DNA of 64,000 bases, taken from IMG/VR virus record IMGVR_UViG_3300042350_004632, positions 1 to 64,000 of that record; one strand, 5' to 3'. Under the pieces are notes generated by a model. That model was not told the origin of the DNA. It made no database searches and saw only the letters and a list, made by a program, of their open reading frames with translations. This DNA is from an uncultured virus (IMG/VR IMGVR_UViG_3300042350_004632). Lineage: Duplodnaviria; Heunggongvirae; Uroviricota; Caudoviricetes. Position numbers and translations under genes: made by a program. This document shows, piece after piece, positions 59,892 through 64,000 of this stretch; the stretch's first letter is position 1, and the number at the start of each line of letters is the position of its first letter.

Positions 59892-60285
59892 GGGGGTAAC
59901 ATGGTATCGATTCGTAATCGGAGGATAGTATCACATGCAGAGGGAAGGCGTTCAAACCTCTTTAATATCCATGCTAAACAATAACTGACGAAATGTCAAC
60001 AATGACCTTCGACGACCTTATGGCGTTCGTAGGCGCCGACTACGCTGTAGCAGCTTAGTCCGCATCGGGTATGAAATCCTAGGAACAGAATTCATTGAGT
60101 ACTCACAATCGACTCATTAAATAAGGACTGTGAATTAGTTTTCTCTGTAGTCATAAAACAGAGTGGTGGATTCAGACCATGACGGTCATGCCCATTACGG
60201 TGCAATAGAAATATAGTACTAAGCGTGTGAGACGTTGGTATTATTGTTCATTACGAAGACGTGGGTTCGAATCCCACTACCTCCA
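59892..60285 (+). ncRNA. ssrA: tmRNA; tag ORF 59987-60058 encodes (A)DEMSTMTFDDLMAFVGADYAVAA
   Basis: Acceptor GGGGGTA/TACCTCC-A with G3:U pair, 3' GACGTGGGTTCGAATCCCAC T arm, ATAACT resume context, tag ending YAVAA. Confidence 0.92.
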
Positions 60286-60310
60286 CTATATTTATAATAA
60301 ATAATTATAT

Positions 60311-60400
60311 ATGAACACAATTGATATAGTTGCTGTAGCAACAGTGTTAGTAGTATCAGCTATATTTGGTATAGCATTTTTATATAAAAAAAACAAATGA
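60311..60400 (+). CDS. Tiny single-TM protein (not in ORF track)
   Basis: MNTIDIVAVATVLVVSAIFGIAFLYKKNK; ATGA overlap with 60397. Confidence 0.45.
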   Translation: MNTIDIVAVATVLVVSAIFGIAFLYKKNK

Positions 60401-61398
60401 CAGAACTAAAAGATTTTTATTATATCTACACTCTTGTAGGTACTAATTATATCAAACCAGTTATTCAAAGTTTTCAATTTGTTCCGAAAGAAGCTAATAT
60501 TGTTATTGTAACTAACACACCAGAAATATTAAAGGATGTTAAAGTTGATTTCAATTTAATAATATCTGATTTAGAATCATTAAGAGATGATTGGAGTAAA
60601 GAACATGAATATCTAATTCAGGAAACTGATGACCAAAAATATATGGATCAGTTAAGAGAGTTATATAAGGAAAGCTATAAATTTCCTATGGGTATAATGA
60701 GGTACGGAATGAAGTGGGCAATAGAAAATAATATAACAAAATTTGCTTTAGTAGACTGTGGTGTAAAAGTAAATTATGTTTTCAATCCTCAACCTGCACT
60801 TGATAAATTCAATGAATTAGGAGCAACTAAAAATTTATTATTTGGTTCTCCTATGTTAGGTGAAGGTGGTGATTTTGCTCATTTATTATCTAATAATTAT
60901 TTTAAAAATATATTTACTAAGTATAATGTACGAATAGATAATTTAAATGATTCATATTTATTTGAATGGAAAGAAAATTATATAGGTGATATTACATTTG
61001 ATGGTTGGATAAGAGGATTTTGGTTTAATGATATTAAGTTAATAGAGTTATATTTCAATTTATGGAATGACATAACAAAACAAACTTATAACAGTAATGA
61101 TATGTATCCAATACTTCAAACAAGTCATTGGATACAAGCATTTGAATGGGTTAGTATTATACTTAATTCAGTATTTGCTATCAATTATAATACTATGATT
61201 TGTGGAACATGGGATATAGCTCATCACATTAGACATCCAGAAATTGATTTTTTCGCCGCTGATTATAAAATGGGACAAGAAAATTTTGAATGGGTACCAA
61301 CTGAAACTAGAGATGAATTTTTAAAAATAAATAGAGAAAAATTATTAAAATGGTATGGTCCAGAGAGAGCAAAAGATATTGTATATGGATGGACTTAA
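60397..61398 (+). CDS. Putative glycosyltransferase-like protein, paralogue of 45888
   Basis: 'YTLVGTNY', 'VIVTNTPEILKD', 'LIISDL', 'MRYG', 'FWFND....YFNLWNDI' align by eye with 45888. Confidence 0.45.
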   Translation: MTELKDFYYIYTLVGTNYIKPVIQSFQFVPKEANIVIVTNTPEILKDVKVDFNLIISDLESLRDDWSKEHEYLIQETDDQKYMDQLRELYKESYKFPMGIMRYGMKWAIENNITKFALVDCGVKVNYVFNPQPALDKFNELGATKNLLFGSPMLGEGGDFAHLLSNNYFKNIFTKYNVRIDNLNDSYLFEWKENYIGDITFDGWIRGFWFNDIKLIELYFNLWNDITKQTYNSNDMYPILQTSHWIQAFEWVSIILNSVFAINYNTMICGTWDIAHHIRHPEIDFFAADYKMGQENFEWVPTETRDEFLKINREKLLKWYGPERAKDIVYGWT

Positions 61399-61460
61399 AA
61401 ATAAATAATACTTAGCACAGTTCTCAAAAGTTTTACTGTCCCAGGCTAAGTTTTTATTCC

Positions 61461-61490
61461 AGGCAACCAGCAATGGTTGCCTTTTTTTTT
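61461..61490 (+). terminator. Intrinsic terminator
   Basis: AGGCAACCA-GCAA-TGGTTGCCT plus T-run. Confidence 0.85.
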
Positions 61491-61571
61491 ACTATAATAT
61501 TTATATGTGTAATAAATTAGGTTGTATATTAATATATACAATCTTTTTCTGTTTAAATAAAAATTAAAAGT

Positions 61572-61814
61572 ATGAAAAAATTCTTCAGTCAATTATTTGA
61601 CGACAACAACACTATTAATGAAAAAGCTATTATTGGTTTTTTAGCATTTTGCATGATGTGTGCATTTGCTATAGCTGATATAGTTACAGGCGCCATGAAC
61701 AAACCATTGTTAGTAAATGAATTTATTTATGATTCATTTAAAGTATTAACAATTGCTTGTTTCGGAATTGCTTCTGTAGATAAGTTCATTAACAAGAAAA
61801 AAGAAGCAGAGTAA
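61572..61814 (+). CDS. Small two-TM membrane protein (holin-like)
   Basis: Two hydrophobic helices and a charged C-terminus. Confidence 0.5.
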   Translation: MKKFFSQLFDDNNTINEKAIIGFLAFCMMCAFAIADIVTGAMNKPLLVNEFIYDSFKVLTIACFGIASVDKFINKKKEAE

Positions 61815-61824
61815 ATAAACAATA

Positions 61825-62220
61825 ATGGATAACCTAAGTAAATTTGTTCCATTATTCCTAAATGGAGGTTGGATAGTATTACTTATTGGAGCAGCAGGAA
61901 TGATCGCCAGGCTTGCGACAAGCAAGAATCCTGAAGATAAAACTCCTTCACAAGTTATTAGTAATATATCTGCCTCCATGATTGCTTCTCTAATTGCTTG
62001 GTTCATATTAGAGCAGTTTGAAGTGCCATCCATGTATAAAGCTATTACTTATGGATTGGTAGGATTAAACTCTCCTGAGTTATTAACAGGCATAGTTAAG
62101 ATATCTACAAACTTTGCTAACAACCCAACAGATTTTATTAAAAATATAAAAACAGGTGGAACACCACCTCAAAAAAAAAGAATAATTAAAAAATCAAAGT
62201 CACGAATCAAAAGAGGTTAA
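61825..62220 (+). CDS. Three-TM membrane protein (holin-like)
   Basis: 'LLIGAAGMIARL', 'IASLIAWFIL', 'ITYGLVGL'; basic tail. Confidence 0.5.
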   Translation: MDNLSKFVPLFLNGGWIVLLIGAAGMIARLATSKNPEDKTPSQVISNISASMIASLIAWFILEQFEVPSMYKAITYGLVGLNSPELLTGIVKISTNFANNPTDFIKNIKTGGTPPQKKRIIKKSKSRIKRG

Positions 62221-62221
62221 T

Positions 62222-62926
62222 ATGAAGAGTTCAACAATTATGATCATTCTTACAGCGATAATAATAGCTGTAGCATTATTTGGAAAGCATGTAAATGATA
62301 AAATACAAGCATCCGCCACTACAATTTTAGAAGACAGATTAAAGCCAGGACCCCTTTTATCACACAGATTTGATTACTACGGAACCTACATCAGTAGTGC
62401 GTTATCTACCAGCATTATTAATGTAGATACGCTACTTACTCATAAAGATGAGATAATGGAAGTAAGAGAACAAACAGGTAAAGAGTGGAAAGCTTATCTT
62501 TCTACATATTTAGTTCCTGAAGAAGACTCAGTTGCTAAGTTATCTGATAAGCAAATGATTGACATTGATGAAAAACTTGATGATATATTTAAGTTAGCTG
62601 AAACTGATAAAATAGGTGCTCAAAAATTATTAGAGCAAAGTAATATTAAAGAAGAGCTACTATCAGTAACAGACAGGATTAACTGGTTAACAGATTTACA
62701 GTCTAGAATTGGTCAAGAAGAAACAGTTAAGATGTTATCACTTATCCGAATATTTGATAACTTTATGATTGGTTGTTTAGCATTAGCTATAATGCTAAGT
62801 GGATCAATATTCTATTCAGCTATAAGAGATAGAAAAAAAGCTCAACCTGTAAAAAAGACAGCTAGGAGAGTAACTAAAAAACCAATAGCAAAAAAGAAAC
62901 CAATTAAAAAACCAATAAGAAGATAA
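62222..62926 (+). CDS. TM - four-helix-bundle sensor (4HB_MCP-like) - TM protein with a basic tail
   Basis: 'TILEDRLKP..LLS', 'EWKAYLSTYLVPEE', 'LTDLQ' match the MCP periplasmic 4HB pattern. Confidence 0.6.
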   Translation: MKSSTIMIILTAIIIAVALFGKHVNDKIQASATTILEDRLKPGPLLSHRFDYYGTYISSALSTSIINVDTLLTHKDEIMEVREQTGKEWKAYLSTYLVPEEDSVAKLSDKQMIDIDEKLDDIFKLAETDKIGAQKLLEQSNIKEELLSVTDRINWLTDLQSRIGQEETVKMLSLIRIFDNFMIGCLALAIMLSGSIFYSAIRDRKKAQPVKKTARRVTKKPIAKKKPIKKPIRR

Positions 62927-62933
62927 ATTAAAA

Positions 62934-63389
62934 ATGAAAAACATTATAATAATAATACTACTCCTAATAAGTTCAGCAGCGTACAGTCAAAAAAACTATG
63001 TATATGCTGGTACAGGGTTGTTTTTTAATTCTCCCATCAAAGATTGGAAAAATACACTAGGTGCTAATGTTGAATACGGCAGGTATTTAAAATCAGGAAT
63101 ATCGATAGGAGTTAACTTTGGATACTGGTCATTGCTGAAAGGATATGAGTATAATGGCGCAAAGATAACTTTTCCGCTCTACAGCAATAAGTATTATTCC
63201 TTTTCCTTTAGCGGCGGCTTAAACTACTTTTATGCATTCAAAGATATCTTAGCTGAATACGATTTAAATAATAATTTATATATTTTTAAAGATAAATCAA
63301 TATCACTATCTCTAAATTACTGTAGACAAAGTGGTTTAGGGTATGATAAAGCAGAAAGTTTTAATTTTGGAATAAATAAAGATTTTTAA
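62934..63389 (+). CDS. Small outer-membrane beta-barrel-like protein
   Basis: Signal peptide ('SAAYSQ'), alternating aromatic/Gly strands, terminal Phe. Confidence 0.6.
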   Translation: MKNIIIIILLLISSAAYSQKNYVYAGTGLFFNSPIKDWKNTLGANVEYGRYLKSGISIGVNFGYWSLLKGYEYNGAKITFPLYSNKYYSFSFSGGLNYFYAFKDILAEYDLNNNLYIFKDKSISLSLNYCRQSGLGYDKAESFNFGINKDF

Positions 63390-63434
63390 AAAATAGTGTA
63401 TAAAAAATTATTGTTATTATTAAACAAACACTAA

Positions 63435-63466
63435 TTTGGCTTGACCGAGATAAGACGTTATATTTA
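63435..63466 (+). promoter_or_regulatory. TTTG-N20-TATATTTA promoter
   Basis: Exact motif and spacing. Confidence 0.65.
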
Positions 63467-63488
63467 ATTATATAAAAAAATAAATTTT

Positions 63489-63692
63489 ATGAAAAAAGTT
63501 ATGATTGTATTAGCAACTGTTGTATTTACAGCTTGCGGAGGAAACAGTTCAACAGAACAGACAACTACTGACAGTTTAGTAGTATCAGACAGTGCATCAG
63601 TAGTTGATTCAGCTATATCAGCTACAGACTCTACCACATCTCAAATTCCAGTAGGTGGAGAAACACCAAACCGTCCAGTTCCAGTTAAGTAA
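63489..63692 (+). CDS. Small lipoprotein
   Basis: 'MKKVMIVLATVVFTA-CGG' lipobox; Ser/Thr/Asp-rich mature part. Confidence 0.8.
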   Translation: MKKVMIVLATVVFTACGGNSSTEQTTTDSLVVSDSASVVDSAISATDSTTSQIPVGGETPNRPVPVK

Positions 63693-63698
63693 GTAAAA

Positions 63699-63728
63699 GG
63701 GGACTCATTTGAGTCCCCATTTTTTTTT
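63699..63728 (+). terminator. Intrinsic terminator
   Basis: GGGGACTC-ATTT-GAGTCCCC plus long T-run. Confidence 0.85.
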
Positions 63729-63744
63729 ATTATTAATTAAGGTT

Positions 63745-64000
63745 ATGTATAGAATAAAACAATTCTTCAAACAAATCTACAATTTAATTCGTTGGTTTCC
63801 TATTATCTGGAAAGACCAAGATTGGGATGATCATTTCATTTTTGAAATACTCAAATTTAAACTTAAAAATCAAGCTAAGTATATTGGTGATAAAGATAGA
63901 CATACTAGAGCTAAACGTGATGCTGAAATAATGATGCTGTGTGTTCGTTTAATTGAAAAAGTACAAAGCGAATATTATGGGATGGAATACATTGATTATT
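63745..64000 (+). CDS. Hypothetical protein, 3'-truncated
   Basis: MYRIKQFFKQIYNLIRWFPIIWKDQDWDDHFIFEILKFKL... open to the window end. Confidence 0.65.
   Translation, partial: MYRIKQFFKQIYNLIRWFPIIWKDQDWDDHFIFEILKFKLKNQAKYIGDKDRHTRAKRDAEIMMLCVRLIEKVQSEYYGMEYIDY

Noticed and set aside
61410..61451. Imperfect hairpin ACTTAGC..ACAGT/ACTGT..GCTAAGT before the 61461 terminator
   Set aside because: Weak and interrupted; cannot be distinguished from a second terminator or chance pairing.

Overview
A 64 kb AT-rich segment of a large myovirus-type (contractile-tail) bacteriophage, with every credible gene on the + strand. Standard genetic code fits, since TAA, TAG and TGA all end genes. The host is most likely Bacteroidota: TTTG-N20-TATATTTA promoters, almost no Shine-Dalgarno sites, Bacteroidota-type tmRNA context and lipoprotein. 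Gene order: tail fibres/adhesin, sheath, tube, frameshifted tail chaperone, tape measure, baseplate; replication block (mini PolA-like, SSB, RecA/UvsX, 5'-3' exonuclease, helicase, NrdJ); 7-deazaguanine cluster (queD, TGT/DpdA-like, queC, queE, folE, PRTase); six-gene glycosylation cluster; PolB, clamp, Hsp20/GroES/GroEL; an RNA island (aberrant tRNA-like RNA, two unexplained structured RNAs, tRNA-Leu, HNH, tmRNA); envelope proteins. The best candidate for a novel system is phage-encoded mucin-type O-glycosylation. Four proteins carry long Ser/Thr/Pro/Ile tracts, two of them in the tail module and two directly after two tandem GT60-like GlcNAc transferases, further GTs, a carbamoyltransferase and a TylF-GT-GT fusion. 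All family calls come from motif recognition by eye; no database searches were run.
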